62,521 nt of DNA from Candidatus Limnocylindria bacterium (GCA_036276035.1 DASUCM010000009.1:1-62521); one strand, 5' to 3'. Numbered from the stretch's first letter, positions 44,644-52,964 are shown. The notes: a model not told the origin generated them from the letters alone. Made by a program: numbers and translations.

Positions 44644-46266
44644 GTCCTTGATCGTGTAGCGGAAGTCGTCCTTCTCGTTCTCGAGCGTGCGCACGATGAG
44701 CCGCATCGTCTTGTTCACGGCCTCCATGCGCGACGTCACGGCCTTGTCGTTCTGGAGCACCGTGTTCAGGTCGTATGCCTTCGCCGACCTGAACAGCATC
44801 CGGAACATCTCCATCTCCTCGTGGAGCGTCGCGGGCTTGTCCTGCGCCTTCTGGTAGTTCGCCCACATCTTGTCGACGCCCTTCGCCTCGATGGTGTCGA
44901 GCCAGGCCCGCTCGCTCTTGTCGTCGACCGCGCGGTACGAGTTGTAGACGATCTCTTTCGTGCCGGCCGGGGTGCGGCCGACCATGAGGCGGGCCATGAA
45001 CTCGTCGATGTCCATCCGATCGACGACGACGTCCTCGTCGAAGTTGCGCTTGATGAGGAACGTCGCGTGGATGCGCGCGGGCTCCATCGGGTTCGTGAAG
45101 ACGCGCTCCTTCGGGAAGACCGTCGTGATGTCGAGCATCGCCCGAGTGTTCTCGAACGCGAAGAAGCGGCCGATGGTCGTCCGCAGCTCGTTGTCGTCCA
45201 TCTTGTCGAACGGCGCCTTGCCCTTCAGCTGCGTGAAGACCTTGTCGATCGTCGGTGCGTGCTCCTGCAGGAATTCCGGTGAGACATCGGGCGCGTTCTC
45301 GAGCCGCGACCGCACCATGTCGAATGCCGCCTGGGGGAAGTTCTCGACGAGGTTCGAGCGCAGGTAGAAGACCTTCTCCGAGGTGTACGCGTACGCCTCG
45401 GGGTGGTCGATGTCGAGGTCCTTCGCGGCGACGGTGATCTCCGCGTCGTCGAGCCCGCGGCCGATCACGGTGTTCGAGGAGCCCTTGTGCTCCTCGAGCC
45501 AGCGATAGCACTGGTACCCGCGAGCGACCTCCGTGCCGCCCTCGAGCACGCGGGCGGGGGAGACGCGCCTGCCGTCCTTCGTCGGGTAGGCGTAGCGCAC
45601 GTAGACCCAGTCGTCGGAGTGAAAGCGCGTGTTCGGGAACTCCATGAGCCCGTACGTGCTCGTCGACTTCCCCGTGCCGGTCGGGGCGATGTACAGGACG
45701 CCCTTGCCGTCCTTCGTGACCACCGCGCCGTGGATCGAGTGGATGCCGTAGTCGACCGCGAGCTTGCGGCCGACGGCGCCGAGCACCCAGCTCTTCAGCT
45801 GTCCGTAGTAGGAGGTGTTGAAGAAGATGACCGTGTCGTTCTGCCGGCTGTAGTACGCGGCCTCGGCCTCCGTCGCGACGCGACCGAGCGCGACGACGAG
45901 CACGTCGGGCGTCTCCGCGATCTTGATCCCGGTGCGGTCGACCCACTCCTTCGGCGAGAACCAGTTGTCCCGCCAGTAGCCGATGAGGTGCTCGCTGTTC
46001 GTGATCGCCCGCACGCGCAGGCCGTGGATGACGACGTCGTGGCTGTAGGTCGGCTGCTTCGCACCGGCGATGTGCTCGAACGAGCTCGCGAGGAGCCGCT
46101 TGAACAGGCCGGGCTTCTGGTCGACGGTCTTGTCGTGCACCGGCGTGCGGCCCTTCTGCCGGGTGATCGTGTTCTTCGCGCCGATCGGCGTGCCGGGCCA
46201 CTCCGGTGCCATCGCGTCGTCGGACGTCGGGAACGAGTACAGGTCCTTCTTCTCAGCGATCGCCAA
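44614..46266 (-). CDS. HPr-kinase/PEP-carboxykinase-superfamily P-loop protein, function unknown
   Basis: TTG 46266 is preceded by GGGGAGG. NTSYYGQLKSW, IHGAVVTKDGKGVLYIAPTGTGKSTSTYGL and RFHSDDWVYV line up with the PEPCK (T.YGGEMKK / FFGLSGTGKTTLS / IGDDEHGW) and HprK (HGVLV..GVGVLI.G.SGVGKSE..L..G..LVADD) cores as I remember them. K/N/D/E/Y/F-rich composition. Confidence 0.75.
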   Translation of the reverse strand: MAIAEKKDLYSFPTSDDAMAPEWPGTPIGAKNTITRQKGRTPVHDKTVDQKPGLFKRLLASSFEHIAGAKQPTYSHDVVIHGLRVRAITNSEHLIGYWRDNWFSPKEWVDRTGIKIAETPDVLVVALGRVATEAEAAYYSRQNDTVIFFNTSYYGQLKSWVLGAVGRKLAVDYGIHSIHGAVVTKDGKGVLYIAPTGTGKSTSTYGLMEFPNTRFHSDDWVYVRYAYPTKDGRRVSPARVLEGGTEVARGYQCYRWLEEHKGSSNTVIGRGLDDAEITVAAKDLDIDHPEAYAYTSEKVFYLRSNLVENFPQAAFDMVRSRLENAPDVSPEFLQEHAPTIDKVFTQLKGKAPFDKMDDNELRTTIGRFFAFENTRAMLDITTVFPKERVFTNPMEPARIHATFLIKRNFDEDVVVDRMDIDEFMARLMVGRTPAGTKEIVYNSYRAVDDKSERAWLDTIEAKGVDKMWANYQKAQDKPATLHEEMEMFRMLFRSAKAYDLNTVLQNDKAVTSRMEAVNKTMRLIVRTLENEKDDFRYTIKDYTKLLSEAK

Positions 46267-46297
46267 GCAGCGCCTCCCCTACGTGTTCGTCGAAAGT

Positions 46298-47449
46298 CTA
46301 GGGAGCATGGGCTGCGGCCGCTCCGCGGACGGCCGAGACGATGACCAGGCTCACGACGCCCGCGATCGGGAGCGCCAGCGCTGCGCTCACGAGGTAGGGC
46401 AGGAGCGGGTCGGCGTCGTGGAGCGCTCCCGCGAGGATGCTGCCCCCGCCCGCGCCCGCGGTGTACGCGAGCTGGAACGCGGCGTAGCCCACGGAGAGCC
46501 GGGCCGGTGGCAGCACACGTTCGATCGCCGCCGCGACGACCGGATTCGCGGCCTGGTTCGCGCCGATGAGCAGCGAGCCGAGCAGCAGCACGGGCAGCGC
46601 GCCGGTGCCCAGGACGAGCGCCGTGCTGCCGACCGCGACGAGGAGCGAGGCGCCGACGACCGCCGGGACGACGCCGACCTGATCCGAGAGCCGTCCCGCC
46701 GCTGCGGAGAACGCGGCGGACCCGAGCGAGACCGCCGCGACGAGCACGCCGATCACCTCCAGGGGTGCGCGCGCGACGTCGCGCAGGTAGACGGTGAAGA
46801 GCGGGGTCGGCAGATATGCGAGCGCGCCCGCGAGCGGCGCGAGCCCGAGCAGCGCCCAGAAGCGGCCGGAGAGCCTGCCGCCACGGAGCGTCTCTCGCGG
46901 CGCGGTGGCCGAGATCAGCGCGTCGCAGATGAGCGAGAGCCCGAAGAAGAGCACGGCACCCGCGAAGGGCGCGCGCAGGCCGTACGCGCCCGCGATGACG
47001 CCCGAGAGCGGCGACGCGAGGATGATCCCGAAGAAGAACGAGCCGTAGACGACGCCCATCGACGCGCCGAGGCGCTCCCGCGGCACGCTCGCCGCCAGGT
47101 GCGAGGTCATGATCGGCAGGCCGGCGATCGCGCCCCAGTACAACGCCGACCCGATGAACGCGAAGCGCCAGTCCTGCAGCGGCAGGAAGGCCGCGGCGCC
47201 GAGCATCCCGCTCGCCGCGGAGACCATGAGCATCGGCTTGCGTCCGACGCGGTCCGCGAGGAAGCCGGCAGGGAGCACGCCGAGCGCGCCGGCGATCGTG
47301 CCGACGCCGATGACCAGGCCGATGTCGGTGCCGGTCGCGCCGAGCGAGTCGAGGAACAGCGAGATGACCGGCGCGATGAGGCCGAAGCCGATGCCCCAGA
47401 GCAGCTGCGCGCCCGCAAGGAGCCGGGTGTCGCGGGTCAGGCCGCTCAG
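46298..47449 (-). CDS. MFS transporter
   Basis: The track ORF starts at GTG 47278, inside the loop motif (LPAGFLADRVGRKP). Upstream in the same frame I read an intact TM1/TM2 (TRLLAGAQLLWGIGFGLIAPVISLFLDSLGATGTDIGLVIGVGTIAGALG). Start assigned to CTG 47449 (CTGA overlap with the M20 stop). Confidence 0.7.
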   Translation of the reverse strand: MSGLTRDTRLLAGAQLLWGIGFGLIAPVISLFLDSLGATGTDIGLVIGVGTIAGALGVLPAGFLADRVGRKPMLMVSAASGMLGAAAFLPLQDWRFAFIGSALYWGAIAGLPIMTSHLAASVPRERLGASMGVVYGSFFFGIILASPLSGVIAGAYGLRAPFAGAVLFFGLSLICDALISATAPRETLRGGRLSGRFWALLGLAPLAGALAYLPTPLFTVYLRDVARAPLEVIGVLVAAVSLGSAAFSAAAGRLSDQVGVVPAVVGASLLVAVGSTALVLGTGALPVLLLGSLLIGANQAANPVVAAAIERVLPPARLSVGYAAFQLAYTAGAGGGSILAGALHDADPLLPYLVSAALALPIAGVVSLVIVSAVRGAAAAHAP

Positions 47450-48648
47450 GCGGTGCCCTTCACCACACCTGCGCGCCGGCGCTCCGCGAACTCGGCCTTC
47501 GCTCGCGCGAGGAGCTGCGGGTCTGCGAGGCAGTCGACCGCGAGCAGCGCGAGCGCCTTCGCCGCGGCGAGCGCGTTCGCGTGCGCTTCAGGCGTCGCGG
47601 CCGCGTCGCGGAACGCCGTGGAGTGACCGGGCGTGCCTTCGGGCGCGATCCCGATGTACGGGTGCGCGGCCGGGACGATCTGGCTCACGTTGCCCATGTC
47701 GGTCGAGCCCATGCGCTCATCGTCCGTGGTCGGCGTGACCTCGATCCCGAAGGACCGGACGTGCTCGGCCCAGCGCTCGGCGAGCGGCGTCGAGGGGACC
47801 ATGTTCTCGTAGCCGGAGTTCTCGTTCACGGTGACGACGACGCGCGTGCCGGTCGCGGCCGCTGCGCCCTCCGCGCAGGCGATGAACCGCCGCAGGACCT
47901 CCTTCTGGTACGTGTGGTCCCGCGCACGCACGCTGAACTTCCCCGCCGCGTACTCCGGGATGATGTTCGCCGCGCTCCCTCCGGACGTGATGATCCCGTG
48001 CACGCGCGCGTCCGGCTTCAGCTGCTGCCGCATCGCGTTCACCGCGTTGAAGGTCTGGATGAGCCCGTCGAGCGCGTTGATGCCGCGGTCCGGCTGCGCG
48101 GCCGCGTGCGCGGCCTTGCCGTAGAACTCGAGCTCGACGCGGTTCGACGCGAGCGAGGTGCGCCCCGAGAGCGTGCGCGAGCTCGGGTGGACCATCATCG
48201 CGGCGTCCACGCCCTCGAACCCGCCGGCGCGGACGAGCGCGACCTTCCCGCCGCCGCCCTCCTCCGCCGGGGTCCCGATCGCGGCGATGCTGCCGGCGAG
48301 CTCGCCGAGCACCTCGCGCGCGCCGATCGCCGCGGCGGTCCCGATCATCGCGATGAGGTTGTGGCCGCAGGCGTGGCCGATGTCGGGGAGCGCGTCGTAC
48401 TCCGCGAGGATCGCGACCGTCGGCCCGCCGGCGCGGCCCTTCGCGTCAGCGCGGTAGGACGTCTCGAGGCCCTTGTACGGGCGCTCGACCTCGAAGCCAC
48501 GCTCGGCCAGGAACGCCGCGATCCGTCCCGACGCGCGGTGCTCCTGATAGGCGACCTCCGGATCTCTGTGCAGCGCGAGCGAGAGCTCGACGAGCGCGTC
48601 GCGCTCCTTGTCGATGCGCGCGATGACGCGCGAGCGCAGCTCCTTCAT
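47446..48648 (-). CDS. M20-family amidohydrolase/peptidase (PM20D2/AbgB-like)
   Basis: 400 aa. ..EYDALPDIGHACGHNLI.., ..GTPAEEGGGGK.., ..FYGKAAHAAAQP... ATGA overlap with the upstream regulator. Confidence 0.9.
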   Translation of the reverse strand: MKELRSRVIARIDKERDALVELSLALHRDPEVAYQEHRASGRIAAFLAERGFEVERPYKGLETSYRADAKGRAGGPTVAILAEYDALPDIGHACGHNLIAMIGTAAAIGAREVLGELAGSIAAIGTPAEEGGGGKVALVRAGGFEGVDAAMMVHPSSRTLSGRTSLASNRVELEFYGKAAHAAAQPDRGINALDGLIQTFNAVNAMRQQLKPDARVHGIITSGGSAANIIPEYAAGKFSVRARDHTYQKEVLRRFIACAEGAAAATGTRVVVTVNENSGYENMVPSTPLAERWAEHVRSFGIEVTPTTDDERMGSTDMGNVSQIVPAAHPYIGIAPEGTPGHSTAFRDAAATPEAHANALAAAKALALLAVDCLADPQLLARAKAEFAERRRAGVVKGTA

Positions 48649-49271
48649 GCGCGCGAGGGTACCGCCTGGTGGCCGTGGAGGAGCGCGACGATGATGCGGT
48701 CGAGCGAGCGGTCCGCTTCCTCGAACAGCGACGCCGCACGTTCGGGATCGAGCGAGCGTCGCCGAGCGATGGTCGCGATCTCGGCCATGAAGCGCGCGCG
48801 GAAGAAGAGGAAGACCTCGGTCGCCTCGCCGAGCGAGAGCTCGCGCCGCTGCGCCTCCACGCCGTACTCGCGGCCGAGCTGTGCGGCCTGGCGCAGGAGC
48901 TCCTCGCGGCCGCGGCCCTCGGTGTCGAGCGCGCCGAGGAGCAGCTGGCTCATGCGCATCCCGCGCTCGCGGAACCAGCGCAGCGACGCTTCATCGAATC
49001 GCGAGTGCCAGTCCTGCTCCGCCATGTCGGAGCGGACCCGGCGGCGGAACTCGGCGGCGACGCGGTCGGGCGGCTCGCCGATCGCCGACAGCGAGCGGTG
49101 CGCCTGCCGCGGCCGCGGCAGCATCGCGGCGATCGTCTCGGCGCGGAAGCGCCGGTGACCGCCGGGGGTGCGCAGGAGCTCCACCTTGCCCGCGTCGGCC
49201 CAGCGCCGCAGCGTGTCCGGGTCGACGCCGAGCATCCGGCTCGCGGCGCCGAGCGTGAGCCACTCTCCCAA
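48645..49271 (-). CDS. MerR/excisionase-type HTH regulator with an uncharacterised C-terminal domain
   Basis: WLTLGAASRMLGVDPDTLRRWADAGKVELLRTPGGHRRF at the N-terminus. Confidence 0.8.
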   Translation of the reverse strand: MGEWLTLGAASRMLGVDPDTLRRWADAGKVELLRTPGGHRRFRAETIAAMLPRPRQAHRSLSAIGEPPDRVAAEFRRRVRSDMAEQDWHSRFDEASLRWFRERGMRMSQLLLGALDTEGRGREELLRQAAQLGREYGVEAQRRELSLGEATEVFLFFRARFMAEIATIARRRSLDPERAASLFEEADRSLDRIIVALLHGHQAVPSRA

Positions 49272-49332
49272 CAGACACTGCTCCCTTCGCTGGCTTCGCC
49301 TACTTCGCTCGCGGGGGCCCAGGATGGCCTCG

Positions 49333-49378
49333 GTCGGGCAAAGCCCTCCCTCGGCAGATTCGCATAACTTTGCCCGAC
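49333..49378. terminator. 11-bp perfect inverted repeat GTCGGGCAAAG-N24-CTTTGCCCGAC (terminator and/or operator)
   Basis: Read directly. It lies between the stop of the MFS gene (49380) and the merR-like start (49271). The loop is the most AT-rich stretch locally (gattcgcataa). Confidence 0.5.
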
Positions 49379-49379
49379 T

Positions 49380-50723
49380 TTAGTCCGCGGCGGTGGGTTC
49401 GGTCTCCGCGGGTCCTTCCGCGTCCGCGATCCGGCGCTCGGGCTCGCGGATGTCGTACGCGCGCAGCGGCGAGAAGTAGGTGACGCCGACGGAAAGTGCC
49501 ATGCACGCGCCGGCGACCGCGAACGCGGCAGGCGAGCCCGCCGCGGCCTGCACCCAGGAGAGCAGCGCCGGCGAGGACGCGTTCGCGATGAGCACGATCG
49601 TCCGGAACGATCCGTTCACGCGGCCGCGCAGCGCGGCCGGCACTTCGCGCTGGCGCGGCAGGTACACGTACACGATGTGCGCGGCCCAGGCGGTCTGCCG
49701 CGCGGCGACGAGCGCGACGATGAGCCGCCAGTCGCGCGCGAGCGCGGCCAGCGCGGACGAGAGCGCGGCTACGGCGACGACGCCGAGCATCGTCTGGCCG
49801 ACCGGGCGGCCGCGGGCCAGGAGCGGCGCGGCGAGGGACCCGAGGATCGTGACCACGCCCGTGAGCGAGAGCGCGAGGCCGATCGTCGCGGCATCGAGCC
49901 CGTGCTCGACGCTGAGGACGAAGAGCAGCAGCGTCTGGATCCCGACGCCGCCGAGGTTCGAGAGGAACATCAGCAGAAGCAGCGCGCGGAGGATCCGGCT
50001 CCGCCAGATGAACGAGAAGCCCTCCCCGATCTCTCGCGCGACATTCGCGGGCGTGAGGGACGCGGTGACGCTCGAGCGCTCGAGCAGTGGCGGCATGAGC
50101 AGGAAGACGACGAGCGTCGGGACGAACGCCGCGACGGCGATCCAGAGCGCGGCCGCGTCCGCGGCGACGCCGCCACCGAGCGCCGCGATCGTCGCGCCGC
50201 CGAGGAGCGGGCCCGCGACACGCGCCGCGCGGTCCGCGCCGAGGTACGCCGCGTTCGCGGTCGTGAGCTCGCTCTCCTCGACGAGCGATGGCAGCACGCT
50301 GAAGTCCGTCGTCACGCCCCACAGCACTTCGACCGTTCCGAGGAGGAAGCTCACGGCGTAGAGGAGCTCGAGCGAGAACACGCCGAACGTCACCGACAGC
50401 GGCACCGCCGCCATGAGGGCGGCGCTCGCGAGATCGCACCAGATGAGCAGGAGGCGCTTGTCGACGCGGTCGATGAGCGCGCCCGCGAGCGCTCCGAAGA
50501 ACACGTACGGGACCATCTGGGTCACCCGGAGCAGGGCCGCGGCGCCGAGCGAGTGGGTGATGTCGAGGACGAGGAGCGGCATCGCGAGCCGCGCCACCTC
50601 ACCGCCGACGGAGCCGAGGCCGACCGACGCGATGAAGAGGTTGAACCAGCGGTGGCGGAAGGGGCCGCGGCGCACGCGGCGAGGATATTGGGGGCGAGGG
50701 GGCGGGGAGCGGGGGCTCGGCAT
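49380..50723 (-). CDS. MFS transporter (EntS/MFS_3-like)
   Basis: ATG 50723. ..FRHRWFNLFIASVGLGSVGGEVARLAMPLLVLD.., about 12 TM. The rest of track ORF 49380..51758 looks like junk. Confidence 0.85.
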   Translation of the reverse strand: MPSPRSPPPRPQYPRRVRRGPFRHRWFNLFIASVGLGSVGGEVARLAMPLLVLDITHSLGAAALLRVTQMVPYVFFGALAGALIDRVDKRLLLIWCDLASAALMAAVPLSVTFGVFSLELLYAVSFLLGTVEVLWGVTTDFSVLPSLVEESELTTANAAYLGADRAARVAGPLLGGATIAALGGGVAADAAALWIAVAAFVPTLVVFLLMPPLLERSSVTASLTPANVAREIGEGFSFIWRSRILRALLLLMFLSNLGGVGIQTLLLFVLSVEHGLDAATIGLALSLTGVVTILGSLAAPLLARGRPVGQTMLGVVAVAALSSALAALARDWRLIVALVAARQTAWAAHIVYVYLPRQREVPAALRGRVNGSFRTIVLIANASSPALLSWVQAAAGSPAAFAVAGACMALSVGVTYFSPLRAYDIREPERRIADAEGPAETEPTAAD

Positions 50724-50801
50724 GCCGTCTGCTGGACAGGCACGAGCCCGGCGGCCACCGCCGTGAGCAGGGCCACGAACGTGGGCAGAAGGAGAGAGCT
50801 C

Positions 50802-50984
50802 TTGGGTCAGGTCAACGTGAATCCGGGCGGATCGACGAACGACGGCGGCTTTGGTGCCGGCATGATCATCGGCATCATCGTCCTCATCCTCATCGTGCTC
50901 GTGCTCGTGTTCTATGCGGGCCCGCAGATCATCAACGTGAACACGAACACGCGCTCCCTCGCGGACCTCTTCCTCGCCGCGTAA
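50802..50984 (+). CDS. small membrane protein (about 60 aa)
   Basis: TTG 50802 (or GTG 50817) after AAGGAGAG. ..GGFGAGMIIGIIVLILIVLVLVFYAGPQII... Followed by a strong hairpin. Confidence 0.4.
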   Translation: MGQVNVNPGGSTNDGGFGAGMIIGIIVLILIVLVLVFYAGPQIINVNTNTRSLADLFLAA

Positions 50985-51017
50985 TGCTTCGCTGAGGCGT
51001 CCAGGCATCGATCCCGC

Positions 51018-51044
51018 GGGCGGGACCGGACCCCGGTCCCGCCC
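51018..51044 (+). terminator. GC hairpin: 12-bp perfect stem (GGGCGGGACCGG / CCGGTCCCGCCC), 3-nt loop
   Basis: Read directly, 34 nt after the stop of the small membrane ORF. No U-tract. Confidence 0.5.
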
Positions 51045-51062
51045 GTCGCGCATCATCAGCAG

Positions 51063-51491
51063 GTGCGCGTCCTCTTCCTCTGCAGCCACAACAGCGCGCG
51101 GTCGCAGATGGCCGAGGCTCTCCTGCGCCGCGAAGTGGGTCCGGACGTCGAGGTCGCGAGCGCGGGGACGACCGCGCGCGGTGTCCACCCGCTCGCCATC
51201 CGCGCGATGGCCGAGGCCGGCATCGACATCTCGTCGCAGCGGAGCAAGACGGTCGAGGAGCTCTCCGGCGACTTCGACGTCGTCGTGACCGTGTGCGACA
51301 CGGCGTGCCCGATCCCGCCGCGCCATCGGCTGCTCCTGCGCTGGAAGTTCCCCGATCCCTCCGCGGCGGGCGGCACCGAGGAGGAGCGGCTCACGGCGTT
51401 CCGGCGCGTCCGCGACGGGATCGCGTCGCGCGTGCGCGTGCTCGCCCGGCGTCTCGACGGGATGAAGGAGGCGGCATCGCAACAGGCGTGA
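51063..51491 (+). CDS. LMW protein-tyrosine-phosphatase / ArsC-family arsenate reductase
   Basis: VLFLCSHNSARSQMAEAL (CX5R-S loop) and the downstream CDTAC pair. No ars transporter or regulator is adjacent. Confidence 0.8.
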   Translation: MRVLFLCSHNSARSQMAEALLRREVGPDVEVASAGTTARGVHPLAIRAMAEAGIDISSQRSKTVEELSGDFDVVVTVCDTACPIPPRHRLLLRWKFPDPSAAGGTEEERLTAFRRVRDGIASRVRVLARRLDGMKEAASQQA

Positions 51492-51543
51492 TGACGCTGG
51501 CAGCGGAGATCCGGATAACGAGGCCGCCGCTCCGCAGTTGGTC

Positions 51544-52863
51544 ATGGTGATGAGCTCCCTCGCGCGGATCGCCGCGCTCGCGCTCGTCCTCGCGACGATC
51601 GCCCTCCCGGCGAGCGAGGGCTCGCGTGCCTCCGCGGCGCATCCCGCGCTCAGCGCGACCTGCGTGTCGTCCGTCGGGCCGGGCATCCCTCCGCCCGCGC
51701 GCATCGCCGCTGGTGTCCCCGGCTTCCACGCGGCGTGGTACGGGCAGAGCGGGTACATGTCGCTGTGCGCCGGCGAGCGCGCGACGGCGACCGTCGCGTA
51801 CTACAACTCCGGCTCCTTCGGCTGGGTGCAGGGACGGATGGGCCAGGCGGCGTACCTCGGGACGTGGCACGCGGAGCCCGGACAGGATCAGCCGAGCGTG
51901 CTCGGCGGCGACGGGCAGCGCGGCTCTCCCGCGACGGGGTGGCCCCGCTACGACCGCGTCGCGGCGCAGCCCGCGGGCTACGTCGGCCCGGGTCAGGTCG
52001 CGTGGTTCCAGTTCGTCGTGCAGGCGCCGTCGCTCCCGGGCACCTACCGCCTGGGCATCCGCCCGCTCATCGAGGGCTCGACCTGGCTCGAGGACTTCGG
52101 CGTGTTCTGGGAGGTCACGGTCCTCAACGCCGATGGCAGTGCGCCACGCCCGACGCCCGGACCCGCGGCGAACGTCTTCTACGCGATCGGCGAGGGCGTG
52201 AGCGCGCAGGACATCCAGGAGGTCCACGAGGGCGTCGATCGCGTCGCCACATACATCCGCGACGGGATCGGTGGCGCGCTGAAGCGGCCGGTGACCGTGC
52301 GCATGTACGCCGGCACGAACGAGGCGGTGTGCTGCCTCGCGGATCAGAACGGGTTCCGCATCGTCGTGGATCACCGCACGTGGCGCACGCCGCCGGCCCC
52401 CGCGCCCGACACCTGGTCGGCGGCGACCGAGCGCAAGGAGATCGCGGGCCACGAGTACGTGCACGTGTGGCAGGGGCATCAGGGCTCGGGCGGCTGCCTC
52501 TCAGGGCCGATCTGGCTCGTCGAGGGCATGCCCGAGTCGATCTCGTACCGGACGATGATCCGCGACGGCCTCATCAGTCAGGCCGCGCTCGATCGCTTCG
52601 AGAAGCGCTGGATCGCGGCGGCGCGGTACGTCCCCCTGCGCGAGCTCGAGAGCGCGTTCCCGAACGACACGAACCCGTACAACGTGAGCTGGCTCGCGGT
52701 CGACCGCGTGCTCGCGCCGGGATCGCAGGCACCGCTGCGTGCGTACTGCGAGCGCGTCGGCAACGGGCAGCCGTGGCGCACCGCCTTCACCGCGGCGTTC
52801 GGCGAGAGCGTCGACTCCTTCTATTCGCGCTTCGAGGCGTACCGCGCGGAGTTCGTCCGCTAG
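51544..52863 (+). CDS. secreted protein: NBR1-Ig-like beta-sandwich module plus HExxH (putative metallopeptidase) C-terminal domain
   Basis: Signal peptide MVMSSLARIAALALVLATIALPASEG. ..FHAAWYGQSGY..YYNSGSFGW..PGQVAWFQFVVQAP..GTYRLGIRPLIEGSTWLEDFG... IAGHEYVHVWQG. The track start at TTG 51538 is also possible. Confidence 0.75.
   Translation: MVMSSLARIAALALVLATIALPASEGSRASAAHPALSATCVSSVGPGIPPPARIAAGVPGFHAAWYGQSGYMSLCAGERATATVAYYNSGSFGWVQGRMGQAAYLGTWHAEPGQDQPSVLGGDGQRGSPATGWPRYDRVAAQPAGYVGPGQVAWFQFVVQAPSLPGTYRLGIRPLIEGSTWLEDFGVFWEVTVLNADGSAPRPTPGPAANVFYAIGEGVSAQDIQEVHEGVDRVATYIRDGIGGALKRPVTVRMYAGTNEAVCCLADQNGFRIVVDHRTWRTPPAPAPDTWSAATERKEIAGHEYVHVWQGHQGSGGCLSGPIWLVEGMPESISYRTMIRDGLISQAALDRFEKRWIAAARYVPLRELESAFPNDTNPYNVSWLAVDRVLAPGSQAPLRAYCERVGNGQPWRTAFTAAFGESVDSFYSRFEAYRAEFVR
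51660..52137. repeat. dispersed paralogous segment, copy 1 (about 480 bp; partner at 61137-61614)
   Basis: Identical runs of 17-33 nt were read in both copies, for example ttccacgcggcgtggtacgggcagagcgg, gagcgtgctcggcggcgacgggcagcgcggctc, ggtcaggtcgcgtggttccagttcg and ggcatccgcccgctcatcgagggc. Confidence 0.85.
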
Positions 52864-52964
52864 CACGCCCGGAGAGCGCACGCCCGCGCGTCATGGCACC
52901 GCCTCTGCTGGCAAGAGGGGGTACCGGCGAGACGCCGGCGGATCTCACTCACAGGAGGCGTTCC

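Noticed and set aside
42310-46201. 616-aa (42310..44160, -) and 531-aa (44606..46201, -) ORFs
   Set aside because: The first is antisense to the cyclase/NB-ARC/TPR gene. The second is a frame-shifted shadow of the HprK/PEPCK-like gene and translates to Arg/Gly/His-rich junk.
49285-49312. cttcgctggcttcgcctacttcgctcgc, partially resembling the 31-bp direct repeat at 44535/44613
   Set aside because: Only about 10 contiguous nt (ctacttcgct) are shared, which is too little to call a third copy without a statistical search.
51063-51491. ArsC-family gene as part of an arsenic-resistance operon
   Set aside because: No arsB/acr3, arsR or arsA is adjacent. It may equally be an LMW protein-tyrosine phosphatase, so no ars system is claimed.
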